Shown one piece after another: positions 50,775 to 64,000 of a DNA stretch of 64,000 nt. The position numbers and the translations under genes were made by a program. Within the stretch, counting starts at the first letter, position 1. Each line of letters begins with the position of its first letter. The DNA is taken from assembly GCA_000708835.1 (NCBI GenBank), contig DF237014.1, forward strand, positions 62,001-126,000, in the 5' to 3' direction. Source of the DNA: Klebsormidium nitens (taxonomy: Eukaryota; Plantae; Klebsormidiophyceae). The notes under the pieces were generated by a model, which did no database searches, was not told the origin of the DNA, and saw only the letters and a program-made list of their open reading frames with translations.

Positions 50775-53700
50775 TCAAGCCATGCTGTCGATAAGAGATG
50801 CCCTCATCTCATTAACGATGGCACTAGGTTGGGCGTCTCGTAGCTTGAAGACGCTCTCTATTACCGACAGCTCCGTTGCTGTTGTATCGAAGCCTGTGAA
50901 CGCCGTCCAGTCGTTTGCGACAAGACCCGCCCCAACCACCTCGCTTCCACGATTCACCGTGCCTGCGACCAGGGGGACTTGTAACAAGGAACTCAGCTCG
51001 TCTAAGTCCTCGACTGATGTCTGCGGATGAACCTGCAACACATCCAAAACGTGCGTCTTCAGGCTCTTCATAGAGCAACTGGAAGCGACAATCGATCGAA
51101 CCAGATGTTGTCAGAACAGGCGGGCGAAACCGCTGTTTAGCGGAGACACGTTCAGACAATTGAATCTGAGTACCGTCACTTCAGGTCGATCGACACGTGT
51201 ACTCACCAGTCCCCCTCTATTCGAGAAGACGGCGTAGCTGCCGACCAAGATGTTGCCGGCAATCGTTTGCCGGAACACCTCCACCCCCAGCACGTCTGCC
51301 ACCAGCTCCTCCGTTTCCTGTAATTCAGCGGCAACCACTTTAAAGACAAACATTGACGTGATGAGGTGTGCACTCCTCGAAGGAGAAGCAATACCGGAAC
51401 AAGTGCAAAGGCACCATAACCACAGGATGTGGGAGTACAGAATTGCTCCTGTTGGGCCACTCAGTCGGCAAAAAGGAAAACCCGAGCTTCGAGAGGCAGA
51501 CGCATTGTCGTTGAGCATAAAAAGCACAAGCAGAAAGAAGGGACCTCGACCAAGAATATGCAAGCTCAACAATCAGTTCAAACTACGAAACGTCACAGAT
51601 CGTCGTCAAAGCAAAGAAACACCATAAGATGCCAGAGAACACCACGCCAGAACACCAGATCCGCGACTAAAGATGATGAACTTGCATCAAGTGTGGCAAC
51701 CTTCGGCCATGAAGAAAATGCTGACGTCTAAGGATTCCAAGCAAAGGGATCACTGGGTTCAGGCTCGCATGTCCTCAGATGGAAGCATTCTTGGTTCGTT
51801 ACCATCATGAGAATACAGGGACACAACAGGACGTCCAGCAATTGACTCGGCACAGGCACCACCCAAGGATCAATCTCCCAAAACGGTCCAAAGGATGCCT
51901 GCGGCCCACATGAAGCTGCCTAGCTTTGAGTTCCAAGCGCTCAGGGAATACAAACTGTACTATCATTGACGGACATGCCCATCAAATCTAGGTACGTTTC
52001 TCTCATCACCGCGCTGGTCAGAGTGTCATGTCCTACAGGAGGAATTTCGGGAGCGAGGCAGACGACGAGGCTTGATACAAGAACGGAAGAGCGGACTACA
52101 GCAGCCATGTCGGGCCAGTTTTGTCTACTCTTCCACGCAAGCAACCTAGCTTAGAACATAGTTACATAATGATCGACCCGACGACAAAGGTGCGCTTTGC
52201 TTCGAAGCAAGTGCACACAATCAAAAGCATACATGAAGCCAACCGCACTTGTTTCGTGATGATGCCCAAATTTGAAACCAAACCCACAGGTGAGCGATTA
52301 TGATTGAACAAACGCTGTATCCAGAGGAAACAAAAGCAGGTTGGTATCCAGACCAGAAACTTACTCTATCCAGATCCGTATGGATCAATCCCACATAATC
52401 ATTGCAGGATATGCAGTTTCCCAAAGCCGACAGCCTCTCGTCCACTCTCTGCACCACCACCGAATCGGGCAGAGAATTCCGAATGTGTAGTAGCTCTGCA
52501 GACAGGGGGCACGAGAGCAGGATCAGGAAACGACATGAAAAAGAATGATATTGAGGAGTGGCGATTTCGCCTTCTCAAATCTTGGTGCTGATCAACCTCT
52601 CTCTCAAAGATGTCTCTGGATTGATAGGAGATGAGGTATGAACTTAAGAAAGTGACAGCATAGAAGGAACGAACCCTGAGGACAGCTCTCTGCCACAACC
52701 ATAACACCCTACACTCGCAGAACACATCTGATCAAGAGCCAATCCAACATTGGTTTGCCTCTACATGTAAGTCAACTTACCCTGATCTGTTGTTGAGTTT
52801 GGTAGAAGCAAGCCGTTCTTGTTGCCTGTAAAAGGAAGAAAATGCGCTCAATAGCAGCACAAGACACCTGCCAGAAGGGCCGCTGCTTGCAAAGCTTCCA
52901 ACTCAAATTTTGAATCAGCAACTCACAAGGAACGACCCGAGATGAACTTCACTGTCCACCGTCACTGCATGATAACATCATCGAGAAAAGAATCCTTATG
53001 CTCGGGGGCTGCTGAACCTTAAAAGTGCCAGAGGAATAGTCAGAGGAATAGTGTATGAATAGCACCAGCACAACTTTCAACCAGTCATGCTGAGTTCGCG
53101 AATATCCCTACCTACGCACATCCGACCGATCACCCGAGTGCCCGCAATGGACACTTTGACGACAGGTATAACATCCGCCAGCTCTGCTTCAAATGTGCTG
53201 CACCAAAGAAAAGCAGAGAGCATCAAGCTATACTCAAGAGCTGCTTTCAAGACTTGACCAAAAACCAAAGCTAGAAGTGTTGAACCCGCGTGTGGATACA
53301 TCAACAAGATGCATCAGGGAAACCACTGGATAAACATCGTCGACATCCACCCACTAATAACTGTAGTCAAGCAGGAAGATATGCGCGACACCACTTGATT
53401 GCAACGATAAGCCGCAGAGCTCTGGTAATGTAGCCTTAACAACAAAAGAACAGAGTTTGACAAAACCACGTTGATACCAGCATTGACTGCGACATTGAGG
53501 GCATGGGCACCACAGAAACTCGTCGAAAAGAATCACTCCGTCTTTTAGTCAACGTAGGTCTTAAGGGTCACCAAGACGCAACTCCCACCACCACTCTGTA
53601 AAATTCACAACAGACCAATCCATGCAATCAATCAGCTTAACACACATACCTGTAAAAGTTCTCCGAGCCACCAATGGCCGTCAGACAGTATGCATTTGTC

Positions 53701-53969
53701 AGCTTCGAAAAGACACCAATCTCACTACTGTTCTCAAATTGAGTACCTGAGGGCAGAATAGAGAACAAAGAAACTTGTGAGACATGAATACTTGCACGTT
53801 ATCTGGTGGTCCAACTTCCATTACCTATTAAGCCAAAGCCAAGAGTTGCAAAGCGGGTCATATTGACCTGCATGGTAAGATGCTAGGCAGAGCTTGCAAC
53901 GGTGTTGGCCAATCCGGAAGCCAGAAGGAGGACATGCAAGAGCAACGTTTCCGACTCACGTGTCGCCAT
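50775..53969 (-). CDS. EIF6: Eukaryotic translation initiation factor 6; 7 exons
   Basis: Exons 53969-53960, 53746-53650, 53197-53112, 52825-52781, 52495-52365, 51317-51207, 51032-50775. Motifs: [51 protein letters not shown]. Confidence 0.96.
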
Positions 53970-54784
53970 GCTGCTGCTCTTGGAAAACGCTTTGTCGCCT
54001 CCGATTTGACGCAAGGCAGGCTAAGCAGGGAGCAAGCGTACCCGGGGCCCTAGCTGTACTCTGAAAAAATTAAAATGCTCTTAGCTTTTAATTGTCTGAG
54101 CCTACTAGGTTTGAACCCTTCTTCCGCAGCCTTCCGCCCTTGAACTGTGCTGAACAAATTGTCTCCGGTCAACGTTGCAGCAGCGTTGTTGCAGATTGCA
54201 GATTGCACTAGTGCCAGCATGCTCAGCTGGCGGCGCGAGGATTGGCAAGGAGAATTCAGATCGGGGATGCGCAGCGACGTCGGTGGTACCGTGACCGGCC
54301 GCCGGCATTGTGCCGATTATCCTTTTGAGCGACACAGCCAGCAAGCGTTCAGTTTTGAGGTCGCTGGATGTGGGAGCCGGTGCAAGTGCCTTGGGTGAAC
54401 GGTGACATAACGGGACGTTACCGTTTGCAATGATATGCATGACGAAAGGCGGCGGACCTTTACCACATCAATCTCACAAATTGTAAACCCCGTTACCGTT
54501 CTCTTTGCAACTCTGACTGTGAGCGCGTCGCGTTTTCAGAGCGCCAAGGTTACTTCTGAAGTTTGCGCAGCAGACTGAGAAACATCCTGAAAGATCACGT
54601 TGCAGTTGTCAATGTTGCGCCTTGTCCGCGCCAGAACTCGATTTGCAGCTGGACAAGATACATAGGTTGCGGTGACATAATAGAAACAACGACGTGTTTG
54701 CACATTTTCTAAAGTTGCTCGTGTTGATGAGAGGTCTCCTGTTTTGACCGATTTTCGCCAACAGATTGACAACCAGCTGAGGTG
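53970..54784. promoter_or_regulatory. Putative bidirectional promoter eIF6 / uL13
   Basis: 815 bp between divergent ATGs of two ribosome-related genes. Confidence 0.4.
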
Positions 54785-56595
54785 ATGTCAAATCACCTCA
54801 AGGTAAGTCACTTTACCTGCGTGTTTAGCGAGCTGTCTCATGCCCCTTTTCGACACATAGGAATTGGGGCCTCTTGCATTTAAATTGATTGTGTCCAATG
54901 GGGTGCTTTGCTTATCGGATCCCGTTGAGCTGCAAAGTCCTGAATCGCCATTTAGCGGATGTGCAATTCCAGCCAACAGCAACCTGGATGTCTCACTCAA
55001 TGCCGTGATTAGTGATTGTGTAAAAGTAGAAGGTGTACAGCAGAGTCTACCGTCACATGTTTCTCCAGACACGATGCAGGATCGGTGAGCTTTCGAGCGC
55101 ATTTCACTTGCTGAAAGGCAAGCTCCCTGAATCATCTCTCAACGCATGACGACCATCTGTTCATACCTGCGAGCAAGGCCTCCTTACGCTTCCTATCCAT
55201 CTTGCAGAATGTTGCGACGGTTGGGCTGCGGTGGCGGCTCGTTGACGCCAAAGGGGAGGTGCTGGGCCGCCTGGCCTCGCAGGTCTCCATGATTCTGATG
55301 GGCAAAGACAAGCCGACGTACACGCCCCACTGGGACGAGGGCGATGTGGTGGTAGTCAAGAATGCGCGCCATGTGGAGCTGACGGGGAAGAAGGTCAAGG
55401 AGAAGGTGTACAAGTGGTACACAGGGTGAGTTTGATCATCTGGGACTCCATGTCTTTTTGAGCACCTGCTATGTGTTTTGGAATCTATTTTCAGACTCCT
55501 TAAAGAGATAGCAAAGAGCTAAACTTGCGAGACAGGTATTTCTAACCAGATGATGAAAGAAGCAGCTGGCTCGGGCTTGATGGATGCCTGGTGGAGCTCG
55601 TAGCTTGTGTTGCCAGTCTTACTGACTGCTCCCTTGGGACTCTTTTCGACCTGCAGCGGTTCAAATAGTGCACAGTATGAATCTGAGCATACTAGAACAT
55701 GGACGAAGAAGCGGCCGTTTACTGCCAGATTAGAGACTGTGTGGAAGGATGGAGACACCGTACTAAAGGCGTGCATCCTGACGTTCTAAACACGGTAGAT
55801 TCATTCTTTCCTGGACTCTCTTGCCAGGTATGTAGGTGGCCTGAAAGAAAGAACGGTGGAGGAGCAATTTGAGCGGGAGCCGACTGAGGTGCTGCGGAAA
55901 GCGGTGGAGAGGATGCTGCCAAAGAACAGATTACGAGATGTGAGCTTGTCATGGACAACGTCCTCTTCAAGTTTTCGACAATCCTTGTATGCTCACGCTG
56001 TGCAGTCGGTTTCTGCAAAACGTTTGGAGAGGCTTCAGATGCATTTGATTTTTGCCAGAGTTCGAAACAGTCACCCTGTCCTTGTACAAGCGATCTGCTG
56101 AACATTCTGAGCCTTTGTACGAAGAGATGATGGGGTCTGAGCCTTTGAATGGAGAGAAGACATTTTATGGGGTCTCGAAACTCATCTACTGGCGCTCGTC
56201 CAGATAGGCTCGTCATCTGCATTGACTCTGATGATATGAATAGTAGTCAAGCAGAAGCCGAAAACCTAAGGCTCATTTCTGACTCAATCACGATGGAAAA
56301 TGGCCCGTTACAAAGCCTTGTTGAGCATTTTCCGCTGTCAGATCATAGCGACTTGCATCTTTGTATTCGGACGTCCAGCGTCTGATTTCATCGGTTCTTC
56401 CTTCAGGACCGGATGAGAAAGCTTCGGATCTTTCCTGACGAGGAGCACACATACGAGGGTCTTGAGCTGTGGAAGTTTGAGATGCCTCCACGAAATAAAC
56501 GAGAGTTGCGGCCCAGAGAGGCAAGGTTACTGCGAAAGCAACAGGCAGAGGGAGAGCAAAAACTTCATAACGGTGCTTCTGTGGAGCCGAGTTGA
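54785..56595 (+). CDS. RPL13: Bacterial-type ribosomal protein uL13, most likely mitochondrial; 4 exons
   Basis: Exons 54785-54802 (tentative), 55208-55425, 55828-55939, 56407-56595. Motifs: [54 protein letters not shown]. Confidence 0.9.
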
Positions 56596-58075
56596 AGAGT
56601 AACTGCTGGGACGATTTCGCTGAAGCATTTTCATCCTGTGGCGGCTGATGCCAGTGCCGCACCTATTTTTCATTGCTGTACAGTTCACCCGTTCGTTAAC
56701 AGTGTCCTTACTATCATGATTCCTTTGTGGATTGACAGGACCCAAATGCTGCGATCTATCCTGTCAAGTAATGTGCCATGGACCTTCTGCTCAAGGAACA
56801 ATCTCAGCGCGCAACCCGCAGGAGGTCGACAGACTTAGACACAACAACTCTTCAGGGGTTACTATGCTGTCGCGCTGGGCTACGTTTTTGGCTCGAAAGT
56901 TGAGTACTTGCATGGATGTTTTCTGCACGCGCTTTCCCGTTCCTCTGATATTGTTGCCTCTCAATCAAGGTGGTGTCGGACTCCAGATACCCGATCTAAG
57001 TGGTGGCGGCCTATCACGACTGGCATGCGTGCAGATATCCGACAGGCATTTCCTCTGATCTCTGGGACCTATAGGGACTTATAAGGTCGCGACTCCTGAA
57101 TGCAAGCACTGAACGGAAGTCGTACCGTGACGCCGCATAATGAAGGTCCAACGGATGTGGTTCGCAACGCACCAGACCTATAGTATACAGATTTATTTGG
57201 TCCGTATAATTGCATTCCGCATGCGGATCGCACAATGATCTACTTTCATGTGAAATTTCGTGATTCTAGTACGTACGAATTGAAATGGGATATCTGTAAA
57301 GGAGTGGAGAGATTACCGTGACACACGCGGGGTCAAACGAGGTCACTCCCCCGCGTCGACGTCATGACGCGCCATTTCATTTTGAGTATTGCGAGGATAA
57401 TTCTGCCACAAGTGCCGGGAGTATGCACATTGTCCGATCGATTGTGCAATTAGACAGCGGGCCCTACTGGTCTTGCTTTGATGTGAAGGCGGCCCTGACT
57501 AGTTCGTTGACGAATCAAATATCATATCATGCTTGCGCAAAACCAGAATCAAACTCACGCGTTTGCAAAACATGCAAACAGTAATTAAATTCTAGCATCC
57601 TCGTCAGTGCAGATTTTGAAAACTGCTAACAGTAACCAATTCAGACAGAGCGACTCGTACAAGAACGGTCTTTCCAATAGACGTACAAGAATTGTGCGTG
57701 AGAAACTTCTCCGGTCATTATATGTCTACAATTACAAAGCTGCGCTCCCTTCAAATGTAAACGGTTCTTATATTCATACAATGGCCGTAACCTATTGTGA
57801 CACTGCAAAAATGTTCTAGCGTACAGAATGCTGTAAAAATGTTGGCGTTACACAGATTCCAAATTGCAAGGGACTCGAAATTCCTCACTCTCGAATCGAA
57901 CTTGGCAGTCCATTAAACCCCCCGGCACTTTTCACCTCGATATCATTGTCAATGACTGTTCTAATGTATCCCCTGCCCTTTCAACCGACAGTGACAACCG
58001 TTGCATGCATGGTCACATGCGCTCATCCATGGCAGCATGCCTATCCCACCTCTCTACCCCCCACGTCCTTGTCCC

Positions 58076-61000
58076 CTACATATGATGAGCGATCGGGGGC
58101 AGGAACACCTTCCCGGGTGGAGAGCTCGTGGTGCCGTCGATCAGCAGGGGCGACCGGGGGGATCCCCTAGGAGAGCGGGGCGGCATGCGCGGCGAGACGG
58201 GGAGGGAGAAATTGAGCTCCTTGCTTTCGTCCACCGCGAAGAGGTCCAGCTGGCTTTGGCTCGCGCTCGGGCCCAGCGGGTGCTCATTGCGGGCCAGCGG
58301 CACCTGCGGTGGGCCGCCCGAGTGAGCAACGTAGTCAAGGAGGGCAAACTAGGTGATGAGTAGTAAAGTCCGCTCGCGCGTCGGGGTTGCCACCGCCGGC
58401 CTTCTTTAAGAGAGCGCCGATGTGATAGGAAGACATGATATATTTTCCGGTCTTTGTTCAGACGTTAAAGCAACTTCGACTACAACTGCAAAGGCCTCTT
58501 GACTACAGTCCAATTGCAAGCTCTTCCCCACTCCAATTGATTGCAAGCACTTGAACCACTTCAAGCGACTGCACGCTCTTGACGTTCGCTTCTTCCATTG
58601 CAATTTGGTCGCCATACCTCAGACGGTGTAGCTCTACGACGGCTACTTGCCAAGCAAGCACCCGGTTCTTGGTGGGCAAGAAACTAAGAACCTGTCCGAA
58701 AGTGCAGGTTTTGAAGAGAGCGCTCACCCGGCGGATGAGCTCGCGGAACTTGAGGATGTAGAACATCTCGAGGTAGCGCCGAGACTCGTCGCGCTCCAGG
58801 TTGGACACGTACTTCCAGAAGCTGCACCACGCAACATACACGGAACGTCAGCAGGCTTCCGGGAAATGGCTGGCAGAGCGGGATCGCAGGGTGCGGTGGT
58901 CAAAAGCTGGCTGGGACGGGGAAGAGAACCATTCGAGCGTTCCAGAAGTCTGATCGGACGGGAGCCGACGAGAAGCAAAGCGGCATCGACCGTTCTCACG
59001 ACAAGAATTGACAATGACTTGGTGCCACTTCAAGTAAACTTTCAAAGGACTTGGCATTCATGCGGAATGGCGGTATGCAAAGAATTTGGCGGGGTCCACG
59101 AGTCCGAGCCCCGAGGGGAGGGGCTTGGCCCGGCAAACCTTTGACGGCTGGCAGGACCATAGAGCGTTCTACCTATTCACGGAACTGATTCAAAAAAGGA
59201 TTTGGAAAACTATCCTGAATCACGCAGGACGATATCCTAACGTGCGAACGGACATGAGGCTGACCTGTAGACCCTGCTCAGGGTCATGAGCCGCTCGGCG
59301 TAGATCTTCCAGGTGTACCGGCTGTAGATGCGCTCCAGGCCGCCCTACGTAATCGCGGACATACTCAGGTCAATGCAAGCAAACACAAACCTAGGAATCT
59401 CCTTGAAAGAAGACACCACAGATGAGCAACGACCCGGGCAAGCAAGTCTTGTGCTCTTTCTGACCGCCTCTATGCCGAGCGGCTCCCATTGCCCGCTTGC
59501 CAGGAAGGGGCCAAAGCCGCTCAGACTTCTCCGTCAGCAGAGCCAGAAAACGATTTGGCGTGGCTGGCATCCACGGATAGTAAGTCCTCGCAACCGCTGA
59601 CATCATGCAGACGAAGATGATGTCCTCCGCCCACCTTGGAGATCTCCTCCCAGTGCTTGGGCTCCTGCGCGCACCGCTCGAAGAAGTCCGCGAGCTTGTC
59701 GGCGGCTTCCGTTCCGTTGTAGGGATCAATCTGGAAACCAGAGATGCCCTCCTTGATGATCTCGCCCGGCCCGCCCTTGCTCGTGGCGAACGTGGGTAAG
59801 CCGCACGTCATCGCCTCGATTACCGTCAGCCCAAAGGCCTCGTACAGCGCGGGCTGAACGAAAGCGCCCCGGGTGTCGGCGATGTAACGGTACAGCTCGC
59901 CTGGAAACAAGGCCCGTTTGTTGGAAAAGAACTAAGTGACGCCTCGGGAATGCACAATACGAAAGAGGGGAAAATAAGAAACTGCTGGAGGGCAGGCAAC
60001 CAGGCGGAGCGGTGACTTATTTTCCAATGTGCGCTAAAATCTTCGCTTGCGAAGACATCCCGTGCGACAAAAATCGTCAGCATCAGACGATTGCAAAAAC
60101 ACGCGCCAAGATCGAACGGGGAAGCCAGAAGCGCTTATTAGATAATCAACTCCCAACGGTCAGCTTTCATGCCGACTAACACGAATTATCATTCTACGGC
60201 GCGAGTTTTCAAAATTTAGCGCGGCGCTGAGCGGCTCACCGTTGCGCACGCGGTTCTTTTGCGCGCAGATCCAGCGGAGGCTGCCGTTCAGGTTGTGCTC
60301 CTTGATGAGCGCGTGCATCTTGTTGATCTGCTCGATCTCCTCGTTGTCCTTGCTCTGCGACACGTCCACGTTCCCGCCCACGATCACCAGGTTCACCAGC
60401 CCGCGCAGCCGCTCGTTCTTGGCGTACCTGCACCACCGCACAGCCAAGCGCTTCAGACTTCATCTCACAACGTGCAATATGAAATCCAAGGCATCAAGAT
60501 GGTTAATCGTTTTATGCCAACGGTTCAGGTCCAAATGTACGGGCTGATACCGGTCACTCGATTAGTGTAAAGTGGACAGTCTGAACTCGCTCGTGAGCAG
60601 AAACGGAAGCCCCTCCGAGCAAAGCCACCGACTTGTGTGGAGATCCGCGAGGTACAGATTCTAAAAGTCCTAGGCTGACGCTTCGCTCAAGCCTGATATT
60701 GGAGCTACAGTAACTGCAGCTCAAGGTGCTCAATAAGAGGTAACTGTCTCCTTCATGCAGATTGGGGGTCCCCTCTTCTGCGGAGATGTCCGAGTCAATG
60801 GCAATTTATGCTGCCAGGAAGAGTATGGCAAAAGGAAAGCGCTGCTGGTGGTAACCGGCCGCTCACCATTCGACGAGGCCGGTGAGGTTCTTGACGCGAT
60901 CGAGGCGCGCCATGCTGAACACGATCGGCTTGTTGCGGTCCGTGATCGTGCATTTGGCCAGCGGCTCCTCGTCTGCGCGCGCACCACCGCACGTCAGCAA

Positions 61001-63817
61001 GTCAATTGGAGCTTGTGCAATTCACTTGTCCTCTGCTCTTCTCGGTTTTGCAACCTTCTTAAAAAATCACTTAAGATCAAAAGCAGAGCCTTCAAAACAC
61101 GGCAAAACACCTTTTTACTTCGAAGCATGAGGGTGCAATCCGCATGCTAAACCAACAGGTTACCAGAGCATTACAACTCCTGCGCTATCTTAAGCGCAAA
61201 GTCAACCAGAGGCTTTTTGGAGTAACGGGCGTGCTGCACGGCGCGCGGACCTGTGCCGAAGAGCAGGTCCTTGAACGGACTCTCCACCTCGTTAAGGACA
61301 AGTTCAGTATGTGTGTGCATTCCGCCTGTCGAGGTGCTGATATTCCGTGAACTTCTCTCGAGCAGATGAGAACGAAACAGAAAATCATCATAACTTTGAT
61401 CCTTGCACCTTTTGAACTGCCAATTCAAACAAATGTTAAGAAGCCGCGCGTACCCGTGCCGTAGAGCAGGTCCTCAATGTCCTCGTGCAGGCTGGTGAGT
61501 CGGCGGTCCTGGTCGAAGTAGGGGAAGTAGATGTCCTCGTCGGCGCCGGGGGACACGATGTTGAACTTGGGGTCGTACACGTCGATGCCGTTCACCACGC
61601 GGTACAGACCGGGCATCGTGAACGCGGAGTGGCTCTCGTACTGGCCCACCGTGGAGGCCTGCCCCGCGATCTCCTGCCAAAGTCACGGAGAAAGTGAGCA
61701 GGGACGCGGCTAAGATACAGGGAGACAGGCCTCGGAGTTTTATGGTGCTTGAGAAGCGCGGAAGTTGCCTAAGAGAGCTAGCAGAAGGCATGAGGAGACC
61801 CAGACCCTTGGTAATATTTGCAACCTGTAGCAGCCGATCGACCGGGACAACTCGATCGGACTGCCGGTTCTCATTATTCTTGCGGTATCCACGAGCACCC
61901 TTGCGTGGCCTGCTGACAAAGCTTTCCGTAAGAAGCGAGTACCCGAGTTGGATGGGCAGATAGCAAGTGAGCGCAAAAGCAGGGTCTGGTCGGCGGTGCA
62001 TGGATACCTGGTAGGTGGAGGTGATGATGAAGTCGGCGTGGTTCATGGCGATGAGGTCGGCGGTGAACTGCGCCGAGAAGTGGTACTTGTCGTCGAACGT
62101 CTGCCAGTAAATGTCGCTGTCCGGGTACTTGGTCTTCTCCAGCGCGTGCGCGATGTTGCACTGCGTCACCTGAAAAATGGCACGACACAAACACGCGATG
62201 TCAAGAAACCAGATTGCCGTAATAGGCATCAAGTCCAAGAACAGGGCGACTCTGGATCCCGTTGAAAAGGGATTTCAGAAGACACGCACGTTCACATCTG
62301 TGACTAACAAACGCGTTCCAGGCCGCGCCATAATTTGCAGGCTGTCCTGACGTAGAGACCGCAACCAAGGTCCCACGGCAGATCAAGCAAGAGGAGCGAT
62401 GCCAGTCAAATTTGGCATTACGAAAATCGGCGGGTGAGATTCAAGAGTGCGCACGGGCACGGGGGTGCCTCACGTGCATGCGGTGCGACAGAAGGGACGC
62501 CACGAGGTTGCCGTCGCTGTAGTTGCCGATGATGAGGTCCGGCTGGCCGCCCAGCTCCGCCTTGATCTCGAACGCGGACTCGCTGCACGCAGCAACACAA
62601 AGCTGTGAGCGGAAGCTTCGCAAGCTCTCTGTAACCTTCCTTCTGGCCGCAAACCGGCGACCAGGAAGGCAAAACGACAAGGCGCGCGTTTGAGCATCTA
62701 AGAGGGTTCTATTTGATTAATGGCAGCTACTGAAGCCTTTTCAGAGCGATCCGCGGCGGAGTAAGGCATCCAGCCAGCCTAATAATCCTACTCACGCCCT
62801 AAGCTCTCAGTTTGTGCCAATATACCTTGAATGCACAAGGTAGCGAGCCGAAGCCCTGATTTCTGCGCAAAAATCCGTCGAGCTTCAAAGCATGCGCCCG
62901 CCCATAAACCCGTATCGAGATACTCCTTCGCAATGTCGACTTTGTCCCGGCCGTTTCGAGACTGCACTTCGTTTCACGATCTCCGCCTCTGCAGGCGCAC
63001 CGCCCTCACCGTGTAAACTCCTCAAGATAGGGCCAGACCTCGAAGCGCGAGATCCACTGCGGCAGGATTCCGCGCGCGTCGCGGAAGGGCACGCGCAGGA
63101 TGCGCGCGTGCTCGGTGCCGCTGATGCGCTCGATGCGCTGGTTGCACGTGGTGCCCTTGGCGTCGGGGATGAGGCGCGTCAGCACCACGATCTGCGGCGT
63201 GATGAAGTCCAGCCCCTGCTGCTTGTTGCGCGCGAGCATCTCCTGCTCCATCGCGCGCACCTGGTCCAATATGTACACCACCTGCGGACGCGGACTTCAA
63301 AGGGTGAGGCGGACAAACGAGAAAAATCGTCAGTACACCAGGAAGGGTGAACCGGATGCACGTCCGTTCCAAGCCTCGTTAGCGACGAGGGGGTTCATTT
63401 TTCCAAACGGGTCACGCTCGAGACAAATTCGTTTCTTGGCAAATAGTTCCTCGCTCTGAGCCCTCTGGTCTAGCAGACTAAAAACTACAAGTATGTCATT
63501 TGCACTTCAAGCTCAATCTTTGCCATGCTGTGCACGGAAGGATTCGAAGCACGTGACCGACTCCTCGAAGTTTTGACGCGGAAGTAACGGCGCCAATTTG
63601 GGCGGAACTTGTCAAGCAGCTTCGAAGTTGCTTCTCGTCGCAGTAGCACTTCGGGGCCAGCTTTGATCGGGGCAAGCAGCGCGCTTACCTGTCCGCCGGT
63701 GTCCGGCATCCCTAGGACATTGGCTTGGCCAAAATAGCCGTGGGGGGAGACGATGACCACGTTGAACACCATGGGTACTCGCGCCAGAAACTTTTCCAGG
63801 GTGTCGGGGTCCGGGGC
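58076..63817 (-). CDS. SUS: Sucrose synthase (GT4), 3' part; the 5' exons lie beyond the window end
   Basis: Exons 63817-63689, 63281-63010, 62582-62474, 62169-62008, 61673-61454, 60972-60867, 60427-60240, 59900-59635, 59344-59265, 58821-58728, 58303-58076. Motifs: [82 protein letters not shown]. Confidence 0.97.
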
Positions 63818-64000
63818 CTGCAAACACGGACACGTGTCACGTACCAGCACCGTTTGGCATAGCAGCAGTGGAAGCAGGCAAAATATGTTGACTGGATCAT
63901 CTACCATCCGATTCTTACGGCGATGCCTGGAAAGAGCCCTGGCTGCGGTCTGCACAGCAAGTGCGAATCGCACCACACGCATCTGGCCCAGAAACGCTCT

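Noticed and set aside
56600-58075. Short hairpins (for example ACGCGGGG...CCCCGCGT near 57325-57356) as ncRNA or tRNA
   Set aside because: No cloverleaf or snRNA consensus; the region lies between convergent 3' ends.

Overview
Eukaryotic, intron-rich nuclear DNA from a green plant lineage. Gene content, short GT-AG introns and GC-rich exons suggest a streptophyte alga such as Klebsormidium (inference, not proven). I hand-built phase-consistent spliced models for 13 genes: plastid RsmI-like methyltransferase (+), a coiled-coil protein resembling ASY4/SYCP3 (-), a 25-exon meiotic axis-core gene (+), CWC21/SRRM2 (-), AP-4 mu (+), ELF4-like (-), an orphan Q/P-rich protein with MIPTPG repeats (-), GatC (+), an EamA/DMT transporter (-), SDHAF1-like LYR protein (+), eIF6 (-), organellar uL13 (+) and the 3' part of sucrose synthase (-). 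Ten of them form five head-to-head pairs. The most striking system is at 7.2-19.6 kb. There, a ~1297-aa protein joins a SYCP2/Red1-type ARM+PH N-terminus to an ASY3-type closure motif and C-terminal coiled coil. It is transcribed divergently from a candidate ASY4-like partner, so the two subunits of the meiotic chromosome axis core may share one promoter. The first 1.9 kb holds a 345-bp fold-back MITE with a CAG target duplication, a ~32-bp-period minisatellite with telomeric TTAGGGT cores and a GC-rich patch. All homology calls come from my memory of family sequences; no database search was run. No tRNA, rRNA or CRISPR was seen.
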